Positions 12,254 through 23,184 of a stretch of DNA of 64,000 nucleotides are shown here, one piece after another. The notes beneath the pieces were generated by a model, which ran no database searches, had not been told where the DNA came from, and saw nothing but the letters and a program-made list of their open reading frames with translations. The DNA is taken from assembly GCA_024137785.1 (NCBI GenBank), contig JAHRHZ010000221.1:62001-126000 (forward strand), given 5' to 3'. Made by a program: the position numbers and the translations under genes. Every line of letters starts with the position of its first letter. Position 1 is the stretch's first letter. The DNA is from Ginglymostoma cirratum. Lineage: Eukaryota.

Positions 12254-12890
12254 GTAAGTCCTGGGCCTGGTGCCAAGATTGATATCATTTATCCTTGGAG
12301 AAACTCTCCTCACACCAGTTTGTAAAAGAAAAAATTCTGGGCCTGAGTGGAGCTCCATATTCTCTACTGCAGGACAATGGAGGTGAAGATATGTGTTACC
12401 AACATCATTAACTCTTTCAGTTTGAGACAGAAACAAAACCCTTCCTATTCCAGGTGGGAATGGTGGATGCTCTTGTTCTCTCTGCATGGCAAGGTTCCTG
12501 TGTAAGGCTAAATTTGACATCACTTTCTCTGAAGGCAATATGAATGTGACCAACAAATGTATGCAATCCATTGATGTGGGTTGATTGTGAATTGAATCAC
12601 GTTGATCTGGTGTAAGAATGTTGTTCCATTGCAGTGATGTTGGTCATAAGCTTTCCTGCTCCTATGATGCTGCTTGACCTGCTGTGCTTATGCAGCTCCA
12701 CACCTTGTTATCTTGGTCATCAGCGTAGTTGCTGAGAGAGAACATGAAAATCTTGCTGGGTGTTGTCAAGAACCGTAAACCTTGAGAACCTTTGATCTTT
12801 GAAATGCAAACTGTTCTACTCGAATTATAATCAGAATTAGAGTTGTCTTTATGATCATGTGCACTTGAATGAGTGACGTGAAAAATTTGC

Positions 12891-13330
12891 AAAGTCGCCG
12901 TTTATGGTGCCATCTTAGGTACAGGAGACCAAGGGACAGATACTTAAGTATTTGTTAGAGAATTGAAAGATTGAAAAAAAAGTCCAGCACAGGAATACAA
13001 AGTTTCAAAAAGAACTCGCATTATTCAAAAAGACCAGCATAAGAATAAAAAGGTTTTTTAAAAAGTTACCAACATACAGTCTTTTTCACCAAGTCCGTGC
13101 CAGCACCTAGTCTCCAGACTGCACCGGGCAAGTCTCTAGTCCACATAAGGCTTGAAAACTCCAAACCTCGCTTTCAGTCTGCAAGGGCCTTGCCTCCCTG
13201 GTGGTGGCCTCCAGTCCGGGTCTCGCCCCTGGGACTTGCCTCCCTGCACTGGCCTCTGGTTCGGGACTCTCATCCCGTGCCGGCCTACAGGCTGGGCACC
13301 CCCGAGACACAAGTCCTCGAAGGATTGTTT
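12891..13330. repeat. Interspersed repeat, copy A (direct repeat of 14918-15420)
   Basis: AAAGTCGCCGTTTATGGTGCCATCTTAGGTACAGG...GCCAGCACCTAGTCTC...; GC-rich internally repetitive end; probably the 5' end of a minus-strand LINE. Confidence 0.75.
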
Positions 13331-13739
13331 ATGGAAGGATTGTTTATAATTTGGCAATTGAAAGAATTGCCTTGATTTAGGTTAATAGGTCAGCACGACA
13401 TCGTGGGCCGAAGCGCCTGTACTGTGCTGTATTATTCTATGTTTCTATGTTCATCTGCTTCACCATCTCGAGAGAGAGGCTGACCCAGAGATGAACCAAT
13501 TGATGGCTGAACATTTCTTTTGAAAAGACATTCCTGCCGAGTCATTTTCTCTAATCTTACCATTCTGGACAAGGTGAAGCAGCTTTACATCATCAACATG
13601 ATCTGGTTCATTTATAATTCTAAACAAGCATGATGGAGCAGAGTTTCAAGGCTGTGGTATTGGTGTTCCCACTTTACCAGCGCAGGGGAGGAGAGGTAAA
13701 AATGTACAACATTAAAATTTATAAATCTTCCAATTCTAG

Positions 13740-13900
13740 GTGAAACGTTTTCATGTCTAAGTGGAAATCCTCCTGGCACTTGTCCTCCTTGCACATTTGC
13801 ACCGGAACTGCTCTACCATACTAACCTCAGTGTGACCCTCAGAAATGGTGAAAAGCACCAATATAAGTGTGACCAACAAAAGTGTCAAATAAAGTTGTGA
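13740..13900 (+). CDS. IgW: IgW cysteine-rich secretory tail exon 2 (predicted 4-CH secreted form)
   Basis: Acceptor TCTTCCAATTCTAG; in frame with the CH4 donor; [53 protein letters not shown]; AATAAA at 13888-13893; clear paralogue of 8297-8466. Confidence 0.85.
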
Positions 13901-14917
13901 ATTCATTCTGAATGGAAGTGGCCATTGAATTTCATTACAGGGCATCTGGCAGGTTCAAATCCAGCCCATGGTGTCAGAAGTGTAAAAACTGTGAGAAGTG
14001 AGAGCTCTCGTTCGTGTTTCCCAGCCAACCTACTGTTTGCTGAAGTGGTCACTTGTTGGTGACCTGTACCAGGTGAGGTTGCAAGGTCCAAAACCCACTA
14101 TTTAACCCTTTCCCCTTGGCTCTGACTCACGTTGACGAGAATTTGAAGAATATTTGTCACCCAGAGGGACCGTCACCTTGATCGAATAAAATAAAAGCTT
14201 GGCCTCTTTCTTCAATGATGTTGATCCTGAGGCAATTTGGTAATTCAGAATATGAGGGCTCAGCTGGTGCTCTATACAAATTTGTATGTTTTGCGTGTAA
14301 ACACAGGACAATAAAATGAGAGAAGTTCCCTTCAATCCTGGATACTGACAACAGACAATGAAAGTTACTCGGGGTTGACAAGGAGTTCAAATTGACAAAG
14401 TTTTTTTAAACTTCTCTACGAAGGTAAACGGAGTGAAATATCCCCTACCCTGTGATTTCACCATTTTCCAGTGATAAGGGGTTGTGTGGCCCTGTGTGGT
14501 TTGATTGTGGCAAAGCAAATATTAATAATTGGTCACTAAAATAATGATCAATGCTAATCTGGAAAGAAATTGGTTAACATCTTGTCGGAAAGACACATGA
14601 GAGAAACAGAATGTTTGAATCCTATCACTGTCCTGAGCATCAACTTAAATGCAGTGACAGGAGTTGGTACCAAGTGTTGATAAATAGTTTTGATTAGGAC
14701 ACAGATACAGGAATCATTTCTCTCTTCAAGTACGAACTCAATATGTTATAGAGAGAGAACAATCAGTGTGGATCAAAGCAGGCACCACAGTTGTGGTTTG
14801 CACAGTGAATGTGTTTGTACATTGACCATGTACAGAATACACATTTTGGTGCAGGATATCTGAAGTGATGATGATTCTTTGACAGATAAGTATAAAGAAA
14901 AGAAATGAAAAATTAAC

Positions 14918-15420
14918 AAAGTCGCTGTTTACAGTGCCATCGTAGGTACAGGATGCCTGGGTAGATACTTAAGTATTTGTTAGAGAATTGAAAGAATAAA
15001 AAATCAAGTCCAGCAAAGGAATACAAAGTTTTTGAAAGGAACTTGCATTACTCAAAATGTCCAGATAAGAGTAAAAAGCTTTTTAAAAAGTACCCAAATG
15101 ACAGTCCTTTTCACCGAGTCTGTGCCAGCACCTAGTCTCTAGACTGCACTGGGCCAGTTTCCAGACCACACGAGACTTGAAAACTCCAAGTCTTGTGTCC
15201 AGTCTGCAAAGGCCTTGCCTCCTCGGCGGTGGCCTTCAGTCTGGAACTCGCCTCCTGGCAACTGCCTCTGGTCTGGAACTGTCCCCAGAATGCAACTCCC
15301 GCACTGGCCTCCAGACCAGGCTCCCCCGGGACTCGCCTCCAGGACACTCCTCCTTTGCTGGCCTGGTCTCAGATATGCCTCCAGGATTCATCATGACTTC
15401 GTCCAGTCTTGGAGTTGCCT
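14918..15420. repeat. Interspersed repeat, copy B (direct repeat of 12891-13330)
   Basis: AAAGTCGCTGTTTACAGTGCCATCGTAGGTACAGG... colinear with copy A. Confidence 0.75.
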
Positions 15421-15917
15421 CCTCCATTCTCTTGGAGTAAGTTCAGAGGATGTCATTAAGAATGTCATTCTGATGCTGTAATAGTTATGTTTTACATTGC
15501 ATCCCAGAGTTACTTCGTAACACATACAGAAGAGTTGTGCGTTTTGGGTGCAATGTGCCTGAAAAGTGACGAGACCATGTGCTGAACTGTGGGATAACTG
15601 AAATGACTGATGGTTTGGAAATCAGTAGCAATGGGGAAAATTATGAAGAGTTTGGTGAATCATCCAATTTCTTCTTCCATGACTCAGTACAGAACAGGAT
15701 GTACATGCTGTGCAAAAATGACCCCCAAACTGTAGCACAAGGGGGATTTTTTTGTCACTTCCAGACACACAACAATCAAAGATTAATTACTGCCTTTAAT
15801 AGAACCTAGCAGGCTATTAGTTTTATATCTAATGATGAGCATGAATTGTCAGCCGTGCAAGTGACACCCACATCCCACTGGGGAGTGAGGAAGTAATAAT
15901 TGTCATTCTCCTCCCAG

Positions 15918-16238
15918 ATGAATGTTTGGACACTGGAATCTCAGTCACCTTAAGCAAGCCTCCATTTGCAGAGATCTGGAGGAACAGAACAGCAACCATT
16001 CTGTGTGAGGTACTTTACCGTGATTTAGAGGGAGTCAGGGTAACCTGGAAAGTGGATGGAATCATGAGACAAGATGGAGTGAAGACCCAGGGTCCCAAGA
16101 AAAGTGGACATAAAGAGATCATCTTCAGTAGACTGACAGTCCCTGCTGCAGAGTGGGAGAGTGGGGTCGAGTATATGTGTTTGGTGGAGGACAAAAATTT
16201 GCCAACACCAGAGAAGAGGTTCATCAGGAAATCCCAAG
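15918..16238 (+). CDS. IgW: IgW CH5 exon
   Basis: Acceptor CTCCCAG; DECLDTGISVTLSKPPFAEIW..ILCEVLY..YMCLVEDKNLPTP (homologous to IgNAR C4, with N-terminal extra Cys); phase-1 donor GTATGT at 16239. Confidence 0.93.
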
Positions 16239-17292
16239 GTATGTGTCGATGGAACTGTGTGTCTGATCTTAGAAAATGAGGTGATTTATTGCCAGAGTGC
16301 CAAGCAGCTTGTCACAGGCTGTCACAGTCCGTTACAAGCCCAGAGATGTGTGTGATCCCAATCAAGAAACTGACCAGATAAAGCCTCAAAGCAACTCAGC
16401 AGCCTTGGTTTGAATCACACTGGTTCCCAGGGGATGGGATCATGGTGATAGGATAGTCAGAGAGGGATTAGCAGTTTTGCAACATTTAATATTCCATCAA
16501 TCCAGCACTGGATTGTAACGGAGAGTGTCAGTCTGAGGTGTAGGCTGAATACGAGCAAATACATGGAGAAGAAAAGGAGAAAGAGCAGGGAGCACCAGAT
16601 TAGAATAATGCATGAAACCTCCCTGTTGACATCAGGAAGTGGTTCTCTGGTGTTTCTCAGAAAACTGTGCCATTTTAGAAGATGCTATTTGGTCGATCAT
16701 GTCATTGCCAGTTCTCTGAAATAGCTATTCAAATGATTCCATGCATGATCTGCTCCAACTCAGCAACCTTCCAGTTGTCTATTTTTCAATTTTTTTTGTC
16801 CGATTCCCTGGTGAAAGTTACCGTTAAATTTGCTTCCATCCTCTTTCATGCTGTGCATTCCAAGTCATCGTAAGTTGTGGAGCAAATCAAATTCAATTAT
16901 CAACCCATGGGTTCATTTCCCTTTCCTCTCAAATGTCTGTTCTGACTTGCCTGTCACTGGAAAAAGATTTTCCATATCTATTCCATTCGAATCACTGATG
17001 ATTTGAAGGACTTTGATTAATTGCAAGAACAGCCCAGCTGCATTAATGATGTTGACACTTTTTGCGAAAAAGGGGACCCCCACCCACAGTGAGAGAATCA
17101 ACAGGATTGAAGATCCCATCCTTGCACAACGTTCCCAAAAAATCAACATGGAAATAAATGCTTTTAGTTTCTGATCTCAGAGGAGTTCCTGGGGATGCAA
17201 ACGTTGCTTACTTTTGTCCAAGAGACAAATGTGTTGGGTGAATTCAGGTCGAGTGAACGATGAAGTCTAACCTCTGTTTTGTCTGTTTGCAG

Positions 17293-17675
17293 ATGATATT
17301 AAGACTCACCCTCAAGTCTACCTCCTGCCCCCTTCACCGGATGAGATGGAGACTGCTCATACTGCGACCCTGGTTTGCCTGGTCACTGGATTCTCTCCCG
17401 TAGATATCGATCTGGCTTGGATGGCCAATGATACCCTTCTGAAGACAGGGTTCATTCATCAGCCAGTGACTGAGGATGGCAGAGGAGGCTGGAACTCAGG
17501 CAGTCGCCTGACGGTCTCTACAGAGGAGTGGGACAGCGGCACCACATACTCCTGTGTGGTGGGACATGAGTCAGTCACAACAAATGTATTCAGAAGCATC
17601 AATAAATATCACAGCAAACCCAACCTGGTTAATGTCTCACTTGTTTTGACTGAAAGTTTTAACTCCTGTTCATAA
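17293..17675 (+). CDS. IgW: IgW CH6 exon plus IgM-type secretory tailpiece (long, 6-CH secreted form)
   Basis: Acceptor TTTGCAG; HPQVYLLPPSPDEME..LVCLVTGFSP..YSCVVGHES; tailpiece HSKPNLVNVSLVLTESFNSCS* with NVS sequon and penultimate Cys. Confidence 0.95.
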
Positions 17676-17977
17676 TATCGGCTGATTCAAACAGTCAACC
17701 ATTTATCTAATCCCTGTAAATGGATGATTAACACAACCAGAAAACTGTTGTGAGCACTTTGAAACCTCTATTCTGGTAGCAGTGCACTTCCAACATGAAC
17801 AAAATTCAATGTTGCTCTGTACTTGAGAGAAGAAAAAATCTCCAAATCAGACAATATCGTTTTCTCCGGATGCCTGAAATCCTCAGCTCCTTCTGAAACA
17901 ATTCTTTTTGTGCTCGACCTGATCATGTGTCAAACACGTGGGAATGTTATTGTATGTCAATGTACTGATCAAATTTC

Positions 17978-17983
17978 AATAAA
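17978..17983 (+). terminator. Poly(A) signal of the long secretory IgW mRNA
   Basis: AATAAA about 300 nt after the stop codon, followed by GT/T-rich downstream sequence (about 18004-18035). Confidence 0.7.
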
Positions 17984-18289
17984 TCTGACATGAAAAAAAA
18001 TCAGTGTTAGTTTTGAGTGATCATTGTTTGTGTTTAGGGAGAATATAAATGAACAATTTGGGACATGAACTGTGGTAGATGCAGAATGTTCTGAGGGAAA
18101 GGAATTTTGGATCTTTACTTTCCAAAGCCCCCCGACCCTGTTGTCATTTCCTCACCATACGCCTTGGTTTATTGTAGACTCATTGATGTGACCAATTGCT
18201 ATGATTAGTCCACACTTTAATTATCATTGTGTCATATGAGCTTGACAGTTTTGGTTTCTCTCGATTTCTCAGTTCCAAATTGCACGCAG

Positions 18290-18600
18290 TAAGTTCCTAC
18301 AATAATAACTTGATAATGATCAGATAGATCATCTGCTTTTTGCTGTTGGTTGAGAGTTAAATGTTTACTGGCTGAGACACTTAAGAGAACCACCCAGCTC
18401 TTCCAATGTGGCCATGAGGTCATGTACATTAACCTGAGGGCCATTGTTTTTTATTTCATCAGGAGCTATCTCCTTCCACACTTGCAGCACTTACTCAGTC
18501 CTGCATTGGAGTGGAAACCTAGCTGAAGACCTCCAGGATGAGTGGTGAAACCTGAATCCACAATCTACTGACCCAGAAACAAGAGTACTAGATGCTCAAT
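18290..18600 (-). mobile_element. Deu-domain SINE, degenerate
   Basis: Similar to 10625-11030 and 3505-3850. Confidence 0.5.
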
Positions 18601-19029
18601 CACATTACAATGATCCATGAATTATAGGCTTGAAGGCTCATTTCATCCCTCCCATCACCACTCACAAATCTTTGTGTTATTGAGCAGATGTTCTGTTCTA
18701 CAACTGATATTACAAGGTAGCTTCATTCTGCCTGTATAATATTAGGGCAATTAAAACATTGCATAAAATCAAAAAGAAATACATTTTTGGAGTTATATAG
18801 GATACCGTTCAGACTTTGGGGATAATCCCAGAGTGCTGCACAATAAACCTGTTTGTTTGCTGGTCATTGAGTGTTATTGGTGCCAAGATATCAGAATATT
18901 GTGTTTTAAAGCCTGTAGAAACTGATGAAATATCGAACAGCATTGTAGGTTTGTTCAGTCCATCCTCATCAGTGGTGTCAGCCTTTGATTTTTTTACTTA
19001 TAAATTTTGTGCCTGATACTGCATCTCTC

Positions 19030-19120
19030 ACTAACACCTGAAGAAGGAGTGAGGCTCAGAAAGCTTGTGTTTTCAAATAAACCTGTTGGATTATCACCTA
19101 TCGTGTGATTTCTGACCTTG
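19030..19120 (+). mobile_element. Penelope-derived short repeat with hammerhead-like motif
   Basis: AACAC-CTGAAGA-A-GGAGTGAGGCTCA-GAAA-GC-TT-GTGTT followed by CAAATAAACCTGTTGGA; related inverted-repeat copy at about 38060-38230. Confidence 0.7.
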
Positions 19121-19508
19121 GATAATGGAACAAAGAAATGGAGAACCGACAGAGTTGTGTGACAGAAGGATTAAGATTTTGGAAACAATTTAATGTTCAT
19201 CTGTTGTTTGTTTGTGCATATCTTTGAGAGAAACACTGAGTGTGACTAAGAGAAAGAGAAAAACTATGAGAGAAAAACTATCAGTGAAGGATAAATGGAA
19301 GGCAGTGAAAGAGGGAGAAAAATAGAGGCAAAGATAGAGACAAAATCAGAAAATGACAGAAAGATTGTCTAAAAGTTCACTGCTCCCATGCAGCTCTGCC
19401 ATGGTTTCCTCCTTAACTGTATCATATTCAAACTACTGAGAAGCTGTTAACCTTGACAAAATGTTCACAGTCAGCTTTGACAGCCGTAATCTTTCTTTGT
19501 TTTAGCAG

Positions 19509-19648
19509 TCCCTCCAGATGTGAAAGGAGAGGAATGGAAGGAAGAGGTGGAAGATATGGATGGAGATGACAACGTGCTAACAGTTGCTGCCTTTGCCATT
19601 CTCTTTATTCTTAGTTTTCTCTACAGCACCTTTGTAACTGTTGTCAAG
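19509..19648 (+). CDS. IgW: IgW transmembrane exon TM1
   Basis: Acceptor TTTTAGCAG; VPPDVKGEEWKEEVEDMDGDDNVLTVAAFAILFILSFLYSTFVTVVK with the conserved antigen-receptor TM motif (F..LF.LS..YST.VT); phase-0 donor GTAATC at 19649. Confidence 0.93.
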
Positions 19649-20284
19649 GTAATCGGACATTAACTACCAAATCAGCAATGACCTATACTGACTATATGTG
19701 TAAAGATTATGTTCGATTTATCAACATAATTTATTATGTGGCTCTGAGATTCTAGCTATCACATTAGAATTAAGTTAAGAGTTGAATGTGGAACCTTTCA
19801 CACTTTGAAGTTTTTGTCTCCACTTGGTCTCTGGGTCTTCATCCACCAATGATGGAGGTCAGGCCCATGGGCCTTGTGTTCCAGAATAAAGTCAGGCATC
19901 CTAGCATTTAGATCTATCTCCCACAATAAGGTGAGGCCAGTTGACCTGAAAAACCCATCTGTGAGAATAAAGAAACTTTTATCTTCACTTGCAGTTTCTT
20001 GCCCACCCCAGCCAATTCACTATCCATGCTCAAACACTACCTTCAACACCATGGGCTCTTATTTTCTGACAGCCTTTTGTGAGGTACCTTGTCCATCTCC
20101 CAGAGTAAGGGAAGACCACTTGTCCATTTGGATCCATCTCCCAGAACAAAGAATGACCATCTGTCCTTTAGGGTCAGTCTACCAGGATCAGGAAAGAACA
20201 CCTGTTCTTTTGGGTCTATCTATACGTTTGGTTCAGACTGCCTCTGCCACACAATTGTACTTTATTCTGCTTTCTGTATTACAG

Positions 20285-20296
20285 GTTCAGCAGTGA
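20285..20296 (+). CDS. IgW: IgW TM2 exon (cytoplasmic VQQ-stop)
   Basis: Pyrimidine tract then TTACAG|GTT CAG CAG TGA, giving tail KVQQ*, analogous to KVK of membrane IgM. Confidence 0.8.
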   Translation, partial: VQQ

Positions 20297-21550
20297 CCAG
20301 CAGATGGATAAGACTCAGATTCTGACTACTTCAAGATGCGAATTGCCCGGAAATGTCATTGTAATTTTTGGGAATGGAGCTTTCCAACTTGCAATGGAAT
20401 ATACTTAGCTACTGCACTGCAACAGCTCATTCTGGGAAATCAGACTTCAAGTGGACTGCGGAGGATTGAAATGTGGAATTGGGAGGGAAGCAGAAGAGGT
20501 GATGAAGACGAGTGGGGAATGGTGATCAGGAGCAGGAGAGTGAGGAATGGGGGAGAGCGGAATGTGAGTCAAGATGGAGTGTAAGTGCAGGGATGGAGCA
20601 TGGACGGCTGATTCTTTAGGCCTTGTAAAAAATACCGTAGCAGTAAATGTTATTAAAATTCTGCCTGCAGCTTTTAAAAAAGGGTTTTCTCTGATGTAAA
20701 AGTTTTGGTGTGATATTAAATCAGTAAAAATGAAAAAAAATAAGTGCTGGTCTGATGAGATGAACAGAACTCAGGGAGAATGACCAAAGTTACTGCGCAA
20801 ATACAGCCAAGGACTTGATGGTGGAGCAGATCCACAGTCCTGTATATGAGCAAATACCCAGTTATTGGGAGACACAGTCCACAGAACCAGATAGCAGAGA
20901 TCCACAGACTAATGAATGAGTGAATATTCTGCAGTACAGAGAACAAACTGAATGTTTCTGTCCAGTGACATAAACAAGGTGACACGACTTGGATGAAATA
21001 TTTTGTGAGAGAATTCCTGGTGGGAAAAGTTATGGGAATTCCCCAGCTTTCTAACCAGAGGAGTGTTATATCCCAGAAATAGATATTTGGTGAATTCTTT
21101 ATTCATTTGTTAATGGGGTGCTGGTGTTGCTGACTAGGTCAGTGATTTTTGCCTAACTCTAATTGCCAGGGAGAAGGTACGGATGAGCTTTCTTCTTGAA
21201 CCACTGCAATTATTTAACTATAGGGGCTGATCGTAAGCGGGTTCCAGGTTTTGGACACAGTGACAGTGAAGGAATGGTGAAATGGTTCCAAGTCAGGATG
21301 GTGCGCAGCTTGGACGTCAGATTTCAGGTGATTGTGCTCCCATGCATCTGCTGCCTTTGTCCCTGTCAGTGCCAGAGATTGCCAGTTTGCAAGGGACTGT
21401 CAAAGGACTCCTGGTGGGTTGCTGATGTGCTTCTTGTAGATGGTACACACTGCTGCCACTGTGTGTTGGCTATGAATGGAATGAATGTTGAAGATAATTG
21501 TTGAGAAGGGAAGGTGATACCTCAGTAGCATTATCATTAGACTATTAATC

Positions 21551-21881
21551 CAGTGATAAGCACTGCTGCTTCACAGTGCCAGGGACCCAGGTTTGATTCC
21601 ACCCTTGGGTGACTGCGTGTGTGGAGTTTGCACATTCTCCCCATGTCTGTGTGGGTTTACTCTGGGTGCTCCAGTTTCCTCCCACAGTCCAAAGATGTGC
21701 AGATTAGGTGTACTGGCCGTGCTAAATTGTCCACAGTGTCCAAAGATGTGCAGGCTGGATGGGTTAGTCACAGGAAATGCAGATTTATAATGATAGGATA
21801 GTGGGGTGGGGCTGGGTGGGAGGTGGGTCTGGCTGGGACTCGATGGGCCAAATGGCCTGCATCCACACTGTAGGGATTCTA
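21551..21881 (+). mobile_element. HE1-type V-SINE nested in another tRNA-derived SINE
   Basis: tRNA-like head, then V-domain TGTGTGGAGTTTGCACATTCTCCCCATGTCTG..TCCTCCCACAGTCCAAAGATGTGCAG; host SINE halves at about 21520-21550 and 21882-21940. Confidence 0.85.
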
Positions 21882-22369
21882 GACCCAGCAAATGTTCTGG
21901 GGATATGGGTTCGAACCCTGTCATAGCAGATTCTGGAATTAAGAGTTGGACGAGAACCATGAAAAATATGATCTTGGGGAAGAAGAATGCAGGACCAGGA
22001 CTCAGCAGGATACGGAACAGAAATAAATCTCTGTTAAGCTTCCCAAAACCATTTTTGAGTGAATTCTCTATCCGCAGTATGGTCATTGCTGGAATACACC
22101 TCTCGATCAGATATTGAGGATGATTCACAGCCTTACTGTAGGAGGGAAAGCACTGATGAGAACAGTGATTGGGAAACCAGATTCCACACCAGGTACTCAG
22201 GGAAGTTTTCAATCCTCTGCATGAATGGAATCAAATCAGTAGAAAGTGTGAGAGCATAATCAGAATAACGTATTCGGTTCTTGGTCCCAGGTGTGAGGGA
22301 ATTCCACCAGTAAAAATAAGAGGGTATGGACCAAGGGCCAGCTATTGGTGGAGATAGGAACTTTGCAAC

Positions 22370-23170
22370 AGTAACAAATCATTCAGCCTGTCGATCATGG
22401 TAAATCATTCAACTAAATAAAGTGTCATCATTCAACACTGTAGCACTTCCATGCACTAACTCCATATTCCTGAATATCATAAGCCTCCAGAAATCTATCA
22501 ATTTTTACTTTGAACAACTCAAAGAATGAGCTTCCATAGTCGTTGGGTTAATGAATTCCAAAGATCCACCATCCTATTCCTGAAGAAACTCTACCTGATC
22601 ACAATTTTCAATAGTCTACCCCCATGCTGCGATTACGTCCCTGATTCTAGACTCACCTGCCAGGAGAAGCATTATCCCTGACATGCCTTTTAAGAATTTT
22701 GTAACTTTTAGTAAGTTCATCTGTCATTTATCAAAGCTCTGGAGAGTACTGCCCCATTTCCTCAATCTGGCAAATTGAAACAATCCCACCATCATGGGAA
22801 TGACTCTGGTGAACCTCTGTTGCAATCCTTCTCTGGCAGGTATATCCCTCTTGAGATAAGGAGACCAGTCTATCAGCCTCTGCTTATAACTCAAAAGCTC
22901 CAGTCTCAGTAGCATCCTCTACATCTGCACACTCTCCAATTTAATAATATTTTTCTTGTAGCTTGATGACCATAACTATACATTGTACTCCAAAAATGGC
23001 CTCACCAATGTCCTGTTGATGTCCACGCTCCTTTATTCAAAGCTCTGACCAATGAAGGCAAGCATGCTAAACACCTTCATCACCCTGTCTACCTGCCATG
23101 CCAAGGCACTAGGTACCTGAACTCCTATGTGTCTATATTCGACAACACTCCCTAGGGCCTTCCTATTAAC
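22370..23170 (-). mobile_element. CR1-type LINE fragments
   Basis: Minus-strand peptide WSPYLKRDI..GLQQRFTRVIP and CR1 3' motifs. Confidence 0.7.
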
Positions 23171-23184
23171 TATGTCTGTCTAGC

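Noticed and set aside
11545-12282. Single 245-aa two-domain exon
   Set aside because: Canonical phase-1 donor and acceptor define a 90-nt intron; kept only as a possible retention isoform.
10074-14807. CACAGTG heptamers (10074, 14801; also 63690) as RSS
   Set aside because: No acceptable ACAAAAACC nonamer at 12 or 22/23 spacing.
5948-20296. IgNAR or IgM as identity of the Ig gene
   Set aside because: Six CH exons, a CH1 with the light-chain Cys, Cys-rich short tails and a KVQQ cytoplasmic tail fit IgW; IgNAR has five C domains and IgM four.
21571-22212. 213-aa minus-strand ORF
   Set aside because: Antisense read-through of an HE1 SINE and flanks.
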